Counted from the stretch's first letter, positions 9,500 to 18,302 are shown. The stretch: 64,000 nt of DNA from Candidatus Micrarchaeota archaeon (GCA_021851065.1 JAJZJQ010000001.1:9640-73639); one strand, 5' to 3'. Program-made: numbers and translations. Notes: a model not told the origin generated them from the letters alone.

Positions 9500-9640
9500 A
9501 TGAAAGACCCCGTATGCAAGATGGAAGTGGATGAAAAATCAGGAATTAGCAGCAGCCACAAGGGCAAGAGATATGTTTTCTGCTCTGCAGGCTGCAAGCA
9601 GGTTTTCGACAAGAAACCGGAAAACTATGCAAAAGGTTAG
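9500..9640 (+). CDS. 46-aa stand-alone TRASH/YHS-domain protein (putative metallochaperone, CopM-like)
   Basis: Not in the ORF track (below 60 aa). Hand-translated: MKDPVCKMEVDEKSGISSSHKGKRYVFCSAGCKQVFDKKPENYAKG*; same DPVC(K/G)M...YxFCSxxC motif as the CopA N-terminus; GGTGA Shine-Dalgarno site about 5 nt upstream. Confidence 0.75.
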   Translation: MKDPVCKMEVDEKSGISSSHKGKRYVFCSAGCKQVFDKKPENYAKG

Positions 9641-9679
9641 CCATGGCAAAACGCTCTGAGACGTAAGCAGGGAGATGTT

Positions 9680-11749
9680 ATGGCAAATGATCCTGTATGC
9701 GGAATGTATGTTGAGGAAGGTAGTAGCGCGCTTACTAGTGATAAGGAAGGGAAGAGGTATTATTTCTGCAGCGCTACGTGCAAGCTCCAGTTCGATAAGC
9801 CAGAACTTGAGATGAGGATGCTGAAAAGGGCGCTTGCAGTGGCATGGCCCCTCACCATAGCTACAGCAGCGCTAACATATATGTCGCATTCCGTTTATGG
9901 CAGCTGCATGATGCTTGTGTTTGCCAGCATAGTCCAGTTCTATGCCGGGCGCAGATTCTACGCAGGAATAGCCGATGCAGTAAGGAACAGGTCGGCAAAC
10001 ATGGACACGCTTATAGCCATAGGTACCAGCGCTGCATTTGCGTATAGCACAATTGTCGTCTTGTTTCCAGCCGTCTTCCCAACAGGAGGCATCTATTATG
10101 ATACGTCCACGATGATAATAGCGCTTATACTTACAGGGACGTACATGCAAAGGATTGCGGAATCGAAGGCATCTAGCGCAGTTTCGGCGCTTGTGGCCCT
10201 GCAGCCCAGGATGGCGCACAGGATAGAGGAGGAGGACGTAACGGATATACCGCTAGAGCAGATTGCAGAAGGAGACATACTGCTCGTAAGGCCTGGGGAG
10301 AAGATACCTACAGATTCAAAGGTACTGGAGGGTGAAAGCTCTGTTGACGAATCGATGGTTACAGGGGAGAGCATGCCTGCAAAGAAAGGGAAGGGAGATA
10401 GCGTGACTGGCGGTACGACTAATTCCACAGGATCGCTTAGGATAAAGGTAATCAAAGTCGGAGATGATACGGCACTGGCCCAGATAATAAGGGTGGTCAA
10501 GGATGCGGCCTCGAGCAAGGTACCGATACAAAGGCTAGCCGATAAGGTATCATCGTATTTCGTACCTATCGTGGTGCTGACAGGCATTGCAGCCTCTGTT
10601 GCATGGTATTTTGCAGGAGGCGTGGGCCTGAATGCTGCAGTGCTGATCTTTGTGAGTGTGCTGATAATAGCCTGTCCGTGTGCGCTGGGAATAGCAACGC
10701 CTGCAGCGCTTCTTGTAGCATCTGGAAAAGCGGCAAGCGAGGGAATACTCGTAAAGAGCGGGGAGAGCCTGCAGATAGCCAGCAAAGTGAACGTGATAGT
10801 TCTTGATAAAACAGGCACGCTTACAAAGGGCATGCCACAGGTCACAGACATCATAGCGCTTTCGACTTACAGCAAGAGGCAGGTGCTAGCATTCGCAGCA
10901 GCAGCCGAGATAAACTCAGAGCATGCGCTAGGCAAAGCAATAGTATCAAGAGCAAAGGATGAGGGAATAAAAGTGCAGTTCCCAAAGAAGTTCCATTATA
11001 GGCAGGGCCTTGGAGTGACTGCATCTGGCAGAGACGGGAAGAGGATAGTGGTTGGAAGCCCTGAGATGTTTGGCAAGGTCCTTGGCGCAGAGCATAAGAC
11101 GCGGCTTTGGGAATTGGAATCTGATGGGAAGACCGCACTATTAATTGGAGTTGGAGGGAGGGTTGCCGGGATCATAGCGCTTGCAGACATGCTTAAGGAT
11201 GACAGCGCTAAGGCAGTAAAGGCACTAAGGGACTGTGGAAGGGAGATATGGCTTGTTACAGGGGACAATGAACGCGTTGCGCGTGCGATTGCAAGGCAGC
11301 TGGGCATAGACAATGTAATCGCACAGGCCAAACCCGAACAGAAAATGGAGAAGATCGAGCAGCTGCAGAGGTCTGGCAGGGTTGTGGCAATGGTGGGCGA
11401 TGGGATTAACGATGCGCCTGCCCTCACAAAGGCTGACCTTGGGATAGCCATAGGAGCTGGCACTGAGGTGGCAGTGCAATCTGGAGGGATCATACTTGTA
11501 AGAAACAGCGTATACGATGCTTATGTGGCGCTTGAGCTGGGCAGTAGGACGATGGCAAAAATAAGACAGAACCTGCTGTGGGCCTTTGGGTACAACGCTG
11601 TGCTTATCCCTATAGCGGCAGGCATGCTCATACCCTTCTTTGGAATAGGCATCTATAGCTTCCTGCCAATGCTTGCGGCGCTGGCTATGGCCTTTAGCTC
11701 GGTCACCGTGGTGTCTAACTCTCTTTTGCTGACAAGATTCGTGGCGTGA
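9680..11749 (+). CDS. copA: Cu(I)-type P1B-1 ATPase with an N-terminal TRASH/YHS domain
   Basis: [19 protein letters not shown]-terminus; TM CPC motif ([12 protein letters not shown]); DKTGTLT; [10 protein letters not shown]; YN (GYNAVLIP) and MxxSS (MAFSSV) copper signatures. Confidence 0.9.
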   Translation: MANDPVCGMYVEEGSSALTSDKEGKRYYFCSATCKLQFDKPELEMRMLKRALAVAWPLTIATAALTYMSHSVYGSCMMLVFASIVQFYAGRRFYAGIADAVRNRSANMDTLIAIGTSAAFAYSTIVVLFPAVFPTGGIYYDTSTMIIALILTGTYMQRIAESKASSAVSALVALQPRMAHRIEEEDVTDIPLEQIAEGDILLVRPGEKIPTDSKVLEGESSVDESMVTGESMPAKKGKGDSVTGGTTNSTGSLRIKVIKVGDDTALAQIIRVVKDAASSKVPIQRLADKVSSYFVPIVVLTGIAASVAWYFAGGVGLNAAVLIFVSVLIIACPCALGIATPAALLVASGKAASEGILVKSGESLQIASKVNVIVLDKTGTLTKGMPQVTDIIALSTYSKRQVLAFAAAAEINSEHALGKAIVSRAKDEGIKVQFPKKFHYRQGLGVTASGRDGKRIVVGSPEMFGKVLGAEHKTRLWELESDGKTALLIGVGGRVAGIIALADMLKDDSAKAVKALRDCGREIWLVTGDNERVARAIARQLGIDNVIAQAKPEQKMEKIEQLQRSGRVVAMVGDGINDAPALTKADLGIAIGAGTEVAVQSGGIILVRNSVYDAYVALELGSRTMAKIRQNLLWAFGYNAVLIPIAAGMLIPFFGIGIYSFLPMLAALAMAFSSVTVVSNSLLLTRFVA

Positions 11750-11790
11750 CCACGCACCGGTTTTTATAGGATTGGGAACATAACAGCAGC

Positions 11791-12462
11791 ATGGATAGGA
11801 AGTTTGGACTCGTCATATTCGATCTTGACGGAACACTCATTGACAACCGGGCTGCAATAGGGGAGAATATCAACTATGCGCTCAAGGCAAACGGGTACAA
11901 GGAAGCTGGTCTGGACGCCATATACAGGACCATAGGGCTGCCCCTTGAGGAGTGTTTTAGGGCAGTAGCCAAGGACATAGATATTGGCACTGCGATGGAG
12001 CTTGCACACGCATACAGGGCCAGGTACAGGGAAACCAGCCACCATGGAGTAGTGTTGCTGAATGGAGTGCCACAGGTGCTGGGCAGGCTTAGGAGCATAG
12101 GCATGAAGCTTGCAGTAGCCACGACCAAGGCGAATGAGGATCTTGGGCCATTGCTTGACAAAATAGGCCTGATTAGATACTTCGACTTGGCATTGGGGCG
12201 CACAGAAGGGCTTAGGATGAAACCTGAGCCGGATATGCTAAACCATATAATGAAGGAGCTGGACATTGGTCCCGAAAGCACGGCCATGGTTGGAGATACA
12301 TACATGGATGTAGCTGCAGGAAGGAATGCGGGGACATTTGCAGTAGGAGTGCTGAGCGGGGTTAGGCTTGGCATAGCTTCGGAAAGCGAGCTTAGGGCAT
12401 CGCATCCTGACGCAGTCATAGACTCTATGAACGAACTTGAGCCGCTGCTTTTGGGAAGGTAA
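11791..12462 (+). CDS. HAD-superfamily phosphatase (phosphoglycolate phosphatase-like)
   Basis: HAD motif I VIFDLDGTLIDN, later GDTYMDVAAGRNAG; 223 aa. Confidence 0.8.
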   Translation: MDRKFGLVIFDLDGTLIDNRAAIGENINYALKANGYKEAGLDAIYRTIGLPLEECFRAVAKDIDIGTAMELAHAYRARYRETSHHGVVLLNGVPQVLGRLRSIGMKLAVATTKANEDLGPLLDKIGLIRYFDLALGRTEGLRMKPEPDMLNHIMKELDIGPESTAMVGDTYMDVAAGRNAGTFAVGVLSGVRLGIASESELRASHPDAVIDSMNELEPLLLGR

Positions 12463-12521
12463 AAGATGGATGTGGTTATAGCCATGGCGCTTGCTGCCCG
12501 TTTGGCAGTTATGCCAACAGA

Positions 12522-12767
12522 TCACAGAAGGCTTTCCTCATCCACTTCGACGTCCTTGACTTCCTGCAGCTTCCTTAGGGCCTCCTCGTAACCAGTGCTG
12601 CCATCCTGGTCCTCATGGATGAACATGACCTTGATGACCTTTATTCCGAACCCTATCTCCTCAAGCTGCACACTGTTTGGCTTGGGCTCCATGGACTTTA
12701 TGCTCTGCAGCACCATGTCGGCGTTGTCAGAATACACCTTGAATACGGTAGCCACCTTCCCCATCAT
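12522..12767 (-). CDS. translation elongation factor aEF-1 beta
   Basis: 81-aa product MMGKVATVFKVYSDN...EEIGFGIKVIKVMF...VEVDEESLL matches the aEF-1beta pattern; start trimmed to the ATG that overlaps (ATGA) the upstream Zn-ribbon stop. Confidence 0.85.
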   Translation of the reverse strand: MMGKVATVFKVYSDNADMVLQSIKSMEPKPNSVQLEEIGFGIKVIKVMFIHEDQDGSTGYEEALRKLQEVKDVEVDEESLL

Positions 12768-12931
12768 GGTCCCTCGGCACCGCATTTTGGGCACTTGTAG
12801 CGCGTATGCTTCTCCCTGCAGCCGTAGCATCTGGTTATCTTCTCATCAAGGCAGTTTGGACACTTGAACTCGACGTACTGCACGCTGAGCCTTCCGCACG
12901 ATGAACACACTTTTCCTTTAAGTTCTGACAT
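12764..12931 (-). CDS. 55-aa four-CxxC zinc-ribbon protein (COG2888-like, translation-associated)
   Basis: Not in the ORF track. Hand-translated: MSELKGKVCSSCGRLSVQYVEFKCPNCLDEKITRCYGCREKHTRYKCPKCGAEGP*; ATGA overlap with aEF-1beta. Confidence 0.75.
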   Translation of the reverse strand: MSELKGKVCSSCGRLSVQYVEFKCPNCLDEKITRCYGCREKHTRYKCPKCGAEGP

Positions 12932-12996
12932 AAGCTCACGGTATTAATATTGTGTTGTTTATAAATGAATGAAAAGCTATATAAAAACCAACGTAT

Positions 12997-13071
12997 GGGC
13001 ACGTGGTGTAACTTGGATAGCACGGCGGCTTGCGGAGCCGTAAGCTGCGGGTTCAAATCCCGTCGTGCCCG
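12997..13071 (+). tRNA. tRNA-Arg (anticodon GCG)
   Basis: Hand-folded cloverleaf: acceptor GGGCACG/CGTGCCC, D stem GTGT/GCAC, anticodon stem GCGGC/GCCGT with loop TTGCGGA, T arm GCGGG-TTCAAAT-CCCGT; no encoded CCA. Confidence 0.85.
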
Positions 13072-13092
13072 CATATTACAAAAGGCGTATCA

Positions 13093-13353
13093 ATGACAAA
13101 CTGTGCGCATCTTAAGGATGCAAAAGAGAGCATAGAGGCAAATACGCCCCAGGGGTGCGAGGAATGCCTCAGGGACGGAACCCATTGGATCCAGCTTAGG
13201 ATATGCCTGGCATGCGGGCACATAGGGTGCTGCGACTCCTCGCTTGGAAAGCATGCCACAAAGCACTTCAAGAGCACTGGCCATCCCGTGATGGCGGAGT
13301 TTCCATCACGATCCTGGAAATGGTGCTATGTGGATAACGACTATGTCGGCTGA
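13093..13353 (+). CDS. stand-alone UBP-type zinc-finger (ZnF-UBP) protein
   Basis: 86 aa; CEEC...HWIQLRICLACGHIGCCDSSLGKHATKHFKSTGHPV...WKWCYVDNDYV matches the ZnF-UBP Cys/His pattern; the 5' part of track ORF 13030-13353 overlaps the tRNA and was trimmed. Confidence 0.75.
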   Translation: MTNCAHLKDAKESIEANTPQGCEECLRDGTHWIQLRICLACGHIGCCDSSLGKHATKHFKSTGHPVMAEFPSRSWKWCYVDNDYVG

Positions 13354-13387
13354 AAGGATCGTGCGCGGCTTTGACTGGTGTAGATAA

Positions 13388-13867
13388 TTGATAACCATTG
13401 TGGTTGCAATGACATGGAGCAGGGTCATTGCAAAAGATGGCAGGATACCATGGCACATCCCTGAAGAATCAAGGCTTTATGAGAGCATAATTGCAAGAGG
13501 CACACTCATAATGGGCAGAAAGGTTTTCGAGGAATACGGCAGGCCGCTGCCACGCAGGCACAATATAATAGTTAGCACGACGCTTGCGCAGGTTCCTGGT
13601 GCGGATGTGTGCCGGACTTTTGGCAAAGCGGTTGAGAAGGCGCGCGAATACAAAGAGGATGTCTTCGTTATCGGCGGCACTAGGATATACAGGGAGGCCC
13701 TTGACATTGCTGACTGCATGCGCATCTCGTACATACGTGAAGCCTACGAAGGCGACACGTTCTTCCCGCAGTTCGACGAAAGCGAATGGGATGTGGCTGG
13801 CAGGAAGGAATATCCTCGATTCGAGCATGTTGTATACGTGCGCAGGAAAAAGCAGGTTTCTGCATGA
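13388..13867 (+). CDS. folA: dihydrofolate reductase
   Basis: 159 aa; IVVAMTWSRVIAKDGRIPWHIPEESRLYE...LIMGRKVFE...VIGGTRIY pattern of DHFR; apparent TTG start. Confidence 0.85.
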   Translation: MITIVVAMTWSRVIAKDGRIPWHIPEESRLYESIIARGTLIMGRKVFEEYGRPLPRRHNIIVSTTLAQVPGADVCRTFGKAVEKAREYKEDVFVIGGTRIYREALDIADCMRISYIREAYEGDTFFPQFDESEWDVAGRKEYPRFEHVVYVRRKKQVSA

Positions 13868-13898
13868 TACGCCAGGTTATTTATCGTTTTATGCACAT

Positions 13899-14204
13899 AT
13901 GCCGATGCAGCAGCTTCTTGATGGTTTGATGATTGCCAGATACGTGGTGCACGGAGTGGTGCAGGGAGTGGGATACAGGGCCTACGTGAAGTCGTGCGCG
14001 CTCAGGCATGGGATCAGGGGGACGGTGCAGAACCAGCAGGATGGCTCCGTGCTCATAGTTGCGCAGGCGCAGAAGGATTCGCTTGAGGCCTTTGAAAGGA
14101 GTATAGACGTCTCTACATTGCATGGCGTGCAGGTTATGAACATAGAGAAGAGCTACGATTCGCATGCCATTGGCGAATTTGAGGACTTCAGGATAGTCAA
14201 GTAG
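13899..14204 (+). CDS. acyP: acylphosphatase
   Basis: 101 aa; VHGVVQGVGYRAYV...GIRGTVQNQQDGSVLIVAQ acylphosphatase signatures; only the 3' third of track ORF 13584-14204 is credible. Confidence 0.8.
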   Translation: MPMQQLLDGLMIARYVVHGVVQGVGYRAYVKSCALRHGIRGTVQNQQDGSVLIVAQAQKDSLEAFERSIDVSTLHGVQVMNIEKSYDSHAIGEFEDFRIVK

Positions 14205-14225
14205 CAGCATTGCAGTGCTGCTGCC

Positions 14226-15536
14226 TCACAGTGCGTGCTCGGAGGCTAGCTGCGGATGGTGCGCCTCGATCTTCTCGCTCAGAGCTTCCTGCAGAGATTT
14301 TGACTTGGACGGCTCGCCGTGCACTATGAATGCCCTCTCGAGCCCGTGTATCTTTCCGACAAAAGAGAGAAGCTGCTGCCTGTCAGCGTGCGCTGAGAGG
14401 TGATATGTTTCGACAGACAGGTTCATCTGGACCTTCCTGCCGTCTATGCTTACAGTCTTTGCATGGTCCTGTATCTGTTTGCCGAGGGTACCCTCGCCCT
14501 GGTATCCCACGAGTATCAGCTTGTTCTTTTGGTCCCTTGACATGTGCTCGATGTATTTTAGCACTGGGCCTCCCGTGAGCATGCCGCTTGTGGTAACGAC
14601 TATGGCTGGCTCCTGGCCGTTCATTATTCTAGAGCGCTGCTGCCTTGTTGTCACATTGTAGAAATTCTCGCTCTTGAACGGGTCGTCGTCGTTCATCAGT
14701 ATCCTTTTTTGAAGCTCGTCCCTGCAGTATATCACATTGTGCCTGTGTATGCGCATTGCCTTGCCTATCATGCCATCCATGTACATCTTGACGCGCGGTA
14801 TGAGCCCTGACTTCATGTAGTCGTCCAGTATGAGGAGCACCTCCTGGGCCCTGCCGACGCCAAAACTGGGCACTATGACAGTACCGCCCTGCTTTATGGT
14901 CTCATTTATGCTTGACACCATGGATTCTATGGATTTCTTCTCCGACTGGAAAGTATCCTGACTGCCGCTGTATGTAGATTCAGTTATGAGAGTGTCTGCC
15001 TTAAGGTCCTCCGTGTATGCAGGGTCTAGAAGCTTTGTGGTCCTCATGTTCATGTCGCCAGTATACAGCAGCGAGTTCCTGGCGTCGCTTACGTGTATCA
15101 TTGCGCTGCCGAGTATGTGGCCTGCGGGAAAGAGCTTTAAGCGAAGCCCCTTTATGCCGAACTCCTTGTGGTACTCCATGAGCCTGTGTTGCCTTGCCAT
15201 CAGCGCAAGGCCCTCCTTTGTGACGTTGCTTGGGCTTGATATGCGCATGTAGTCGCTTATGAGCACGTTGGTTAACTCGAAAGTCGGCTTTGTTGTGTAG
15301 GTGAAGCCCTTGTACCCGGCAGAGTATATGTGCGCAAGGTAGCCGCTGTGGTCAAGGTGGGCGTGGCTGGTCACTATGCCGTCTACCCCCTTAAGCATGT
15401 CGTCGGTTATGAGAGGGTATTCTATCTCCCTGCCAAGCTTAATGCCGGCATCCAGCAGTATGCGCGTATCCCCGCTCTCCAGCATTATGCAGCTCCTTCC
15501 GACCTCCTGGGCAGCTCCGAAGAACGTTAGTTTCAA
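14226..15536 (-). CDS. beta-CASP metallo-beta-lactamase RNase without KH domains (aCPSF2-like)
   Basis: 436 aa; MBL motif SHAHLDHSGYL and beta-CASP layout; TTG start overlapping (TTGA) the upstream gene's stop. Confidence 0.85.
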   Translation of the reverse strand: MKLTFFGAAQEVGRSCIMLESGDTRILLDAGIKLGREIEYPLITDDMLKGVDGIVTSHAHLDHSGYLAHIYSAGYKGFTYTTKPTFELTNVLISDYMRISSPSNVTKEGLALMARQHRLMEYHKEFGIKGLRLKLFPAGHILGSAMIHVSDARNSLLYTGDMNMRTTKLLDPAYTEDLKADTLITESTYSGSQDTFQSEKKSIESMVSSINETIKQGGTVIVPSFGVGRAQEVLLILDDYMKSGLIPRVKMYMDGMIGKAMRIHRHNVIYCRDELQKRILMNDDDPFKSENFYNVTTRQQRSRIMNGQEPAIVVTTSGMLTGGPVLKYIEHMSRDQKNKLILVGYQGEGTLGKQIQDHAKTVSIDGRKVQMNLSVETYHLSAHADRQQLLSFVGKIHGLERAFIVHGEPSKSKSLQEALSEKIEAHHPQLASEHAL

Positions 15537-16195
15537 TTCAACACCGACTCGTCGACCTCGGCAGCGCTGCTCTTCTCCCCTTTCTTGTCCTTCATTATGG
15601 CTATGTCGGCGAGGCTTACCTCTGCCGGCCTCTGCTGCGCCCTCGAGCCTTGTTTTCTTTCGGTCTTGTGAATCTTCCTGGCCTCCCCTGTTAGGGCCCT
15701 TAGCCCCGAATATAATTCGTCAAGCTTCTTGTCCGATTCCTTTATCTTGACCTCGAGCTCGGTTATGCGCTTGCCTATGTTCTCCATGTCCTTGTCTATG
15801 TACTCAAGCTTGCGCCTGAACCTGTAGCTCTTTATTGCTTCCTCAAGCTCCTGCTCTATTTCGCTCTTCTTGCGTATCAGGTCTTTCTCTGCCTCAAGGG
15901 TGAATGCCTCAGTCGCTATCCTGAACTCAAGCTGCTCCTTCCTTCTGCGCAGGTAGCCTATGTTCTTTGTGCGCGACTTGTTAGCCTCTGCCAGCTGTGA
16001 CATTGCCGCCTTGTCAGCGATCTTGTACTGCAGTTTGTTCCTTGCAGCCTTGACCTCGCGTATTATGTCCATGCGCTTCTTGCGTTCCTCGTCTATGCCC
16101 TTGCGCAGCTCGCCCAGCTTGTCTTCCTTGGAATCGCCCTGGCGCTGACGTGCGCCAGCATCCTGTGGCGCTGTGGCCTGCTGTTCCTTCCCCAC
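15533..16195 (-). CDS. archaeal coiled-coil protein (COG1340-like)
   Basis: 220 aa, heptad-rich and highly charged (..RRRKEQLEFRIATEAFTLEAEKDLIRKKSEIEQELEE..); translationally coupled to aCPSF2. Confidence 0.6.
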   Translation of the reverse strand: MGKEQQATAPQDAGARQRQGDSKEDKLGELRKGIDEERKKRMDIIREVKAARNKLQYKIADKAAMSQLAEANKSRTKNIGYLRRRKEQLEFRIATEAFTLEAEKDLIRKKSEIEQELEEAIKSYRFRRKLEYIDKDMENIGKRITELEVKIKESDKKLDELYSGLRALTGEARKIHKTERKQGSRAQQRPAEVSLADIAIMKDKKGEKSSAAEVDESVLN

Positions 16196-16251
16196 ATGCT
16201 CGCTCTGCTTCGTTTTTGATTCCGCAGCTCCAGCATCAGCAATATTATCGC

Positions 16252-17436
16252 TCAGTAAATCCCCTTCTTTGATAAGACTAGGTTATAAATTTCAAGCAGC
16301 CTTTCTGCCACCTTCTCCTTTGAAAACTCCTCTGCCGTCTTTATGGCGCTGTGTTTATAACGCTCCGTATTATTTAAAACCTTTTCTATTTTCCTGGCAC
16401 ACTCGGTATAATCGCCGGGCCTGAACTTTTCGCCGTTCTCCCCGGCCTTTATCATCTCTTTTGTCGCAAGATAGTTTGCACCGACGACAGGAGTGCCTAC
16501 TGCCATCGCCTCTATGAGCACTATGCCCTGTGTCTCGAATGTCGAAGGCAGGCAGAACACGTCGGCAGCGGCATACATCCCTGCCAGCTGCCTCTTGTCT
16601 ACGAATCCAGTGAATAGCGTGTTGCCCATTATCCCAAGCCTTTTCGCAAGATCCATGTAGTGGCGCTCGTACGGGCCCGTACCGGCTATCACGAGCCTTA
16701 TGTTGCCTGACCTCTTCATTAGTATCCTTGCTGCATACAGCAGTGTCTCTAGCCTCTTCTCCTTGCTTAGCCTGCCCAGATAGAGCACGACCTTTTCCCT
16801 GCCCTTTATGCCCAGCTTCTCGCGGATCCTGTCCCCGTCAACCCCTGGATTCATGATTTTTGTGTCTATGCTGTTTGGCACGACGTTCACGTTGCGTATG
16901 CCGTGCCTGCCCAGCATGGATGCCGTGGTGCGGGTTGGAGCGATTACACTGTCTGAGCTGTTGTAGAAGAATTTTAGGTACCTCATCAGGTATGTTGCTG
17001 CAAGCTTCTTGAGGTGCCTGTTCCTTGGATAGTATGCATCCATTATGGGCTTGTTTGTGACCATCGTGTGGAATGAGCTGACAAGAGGATATCCAAACAG
17101 CTTTGCGCCTACAAGCGCCGAGAAGCCCATCACCATTGGAGTATGGGCATGCACAATGTCTATGCCAAGCTCGTTTAGCTTGAATGCGGAGTTATAAGGA
17201 AACAGCGCGACGTTGTACTGCGGATATGGCTTGAATTCCCTTCCGGGATATAGAAATACCTTCTTTGACGAGTATTTCTTGATGTTGCGCGGATACGAGC
17301 TTGCGAAGATATATACGTTATGCCCTCTGCGTTCAAGTTCTGCTTTTGAGTTCAGTATTGAGGTGACCACGCCATCCATGGCCGGAAGATAGGAATCGGT
17401 ATAGAACGCTATGTTCAGATGTTCCATCAAATGCAC
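16252..17436 (-). CDS. GT4-family (GT-B) glycosyltransferase
   Basis: 394 aa; N-terminal FYTDSYLPAMDGV and C-terminal E-x7-E-like region (PSTFETQGIVLIEAMAVGTPVV); start is GTG 17436 or ATG 17427. Confidence 0.8.
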   Translation of the reverse strand: MHLMEHLNIAFYTDSYLPAMDGVVTSILNSKAELERRGHNVYIFASSYPRNIKKYSSKKVFLYPGREFKPYPQYNVALFPYNSAFKLNELGIDIVHAHTPMVMGFSALVGAKLFGYPLVSSFHTMVTNKPIMDAYYPRNRHLKKLAATYLMRYLKFFYNSSDSVIAPTRTTASMLGRHGIRNVNVVPNSIDTKIMNPGVDGDRIREKLGIKGREKVVLYLGRLSKEKRLETLLYAARILMKRSGNIRLVIAGTGPYERHYMDLAKRLGIMGNTLFTGFVDKRQLAGMYAAADVFCLPSTFETQGIVLIEAMAVGTPVVGANYLATKEMIKAGENGEKFRPGDYTECARKIEKVLNNTERYKHSAIKTAEEFSKEKVAERLLEIYNLVLSKKGIY

Positions 17437-17822
17437 TATAGGCGCACTGCCTCCCCGCCTGCCTGCTTTATCTTCTCTTGGGCTTTCTTGGAGAAGGCGC
17501 TCGCTTTTATCTTTATCGGATGTGAAATCGACCCGCCGCCAAGTACTTTGTATCCTGCCAGCTCAAGCTCCTGCCTGCCTGCAGCAGCGTCAGACACCGA
17601 ATCAAGATTTATTTCGCTTAATTTTGACGGTTTCCATGGAGCAAAGCCTTTCTTCCTGACCCTTTCCTTCTCGTACTTGACAAGCCTTGTGAACTTGTGC
17701 TTCTTTCCTGCGCGGCCAACTCCTCCCCTGGAGCCCGATCCTCTGCGATTCTTTATGTTTCCTGCACCCCATCTCCTCGCCCCGAGGAACTTCCTGCTTC
17801 GCTTCTTTGGCCTTAGCACCAT
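17436..17822 (-). CDS. rpl15: 50S ribosomal protein uL15
   Basis: 128 aa; RKFLGARRWGAGNIKNRRGSGSRGGVGRAGKKHKF is a typical uL15 N-terminus. Confidence 0.9.
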   Translation of the reverse strand: MVLRPKKRSRKFLGARRWGAGNIKNRRGSGSRGGVGRAGKKHKFTRLVKYEKERVRKKGFAPWKPSKLSEINLDSVSDAAAGRQELELAGYKVLGGGSISHPIKIKASAFSKKAQEKIKQAGGEAVRL

Positions 17823-17832
17823 GAATATGACC

Positions 17833-18273
17833 TCAAATCATCCTAGATATAAGCTCGTTTATCTTCTCGCCGCGGTACCCTAGCGCGCCGCCGTTCGAGA
17901 ATCCCTCCTTTATGCCCTCGTACCCGTGCCTTGGAGGCTTTAGCCTTATCGGCACGTTCATCACGTCCCTTGCCCTCTTCTTGCCGTCCATTACTGCGCC
18001 GATGTCCTCCTTGCTGACCTTGACCTGCTTGCTGGCAATAACCTTCTCCACTGTCTGTTCGCTAACAGGACCGTATGTTATGAAATCATTGCACTTCTTT
18101 ATCATGCCGATGTTGGACTTGGTGCCAAACATAAGGGAGAGACTGTTGACCCTGCTGCAATTCATCCTGGACAGCGTCTCGTTTATGGATTTGCGCACTC
18201 CTGCAATGCCGCGCACCCTCACTACGGCTATAAGCCTGTTCTCAAGTTCTGACTTCATGTATAAACCTTGCAA
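17833..18273 (-). CDS. rpl30: 50S ribosomal protein uL30
   Basis: 146 aa; LIAVVRVRGIAGVRKSINETLSRMN motif. Confidence 0.85.
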   Translation of the reverse strand: MQGLYMKSELENRLIAVVRVRGIAGVRKSINETLSRMNCSRVNSLSLMFGTKSNIGMIKKCNDFITYGPVSEQTVEKVIASKQVKVSKEDIGAVMDGKKRARDVMNVPIRLKPPRHGYEGIKEGFSNGGALGYRGEKINELISRMI

Positions 18274-18302
18274 GCGATATATATTATCCTAAGAGGACGT
18301 AT

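Noticed and set aside
12768-12830. N-terminal extension of aEF-1beta in track ORF 12522-12830
   Set aside because: The extension is the out-of-frame 3' end of the four-CxxC zinc-ribbon gene. aEF-1beta homologues start at the MMGKVA position.
12835-13074. 79-aa minus-strand ORF and the 5' part of plus-strand ORF 13030-13353, both overlapping tRNA-Arg
   Set aside because: They are explained by the tRNA gene and its promoter. The ZnF-UBP protein begins at ATG 13093.
13584-13898. 5' two-thirds of track ORF 13584-14204 (206 aa)
   Set aside because: This part overlaps the DHFR gene out of frame and is Arg/Ser/Leu-rich nonsense. Only the portion from ATG 13899 carries acylphosphatase motifs.
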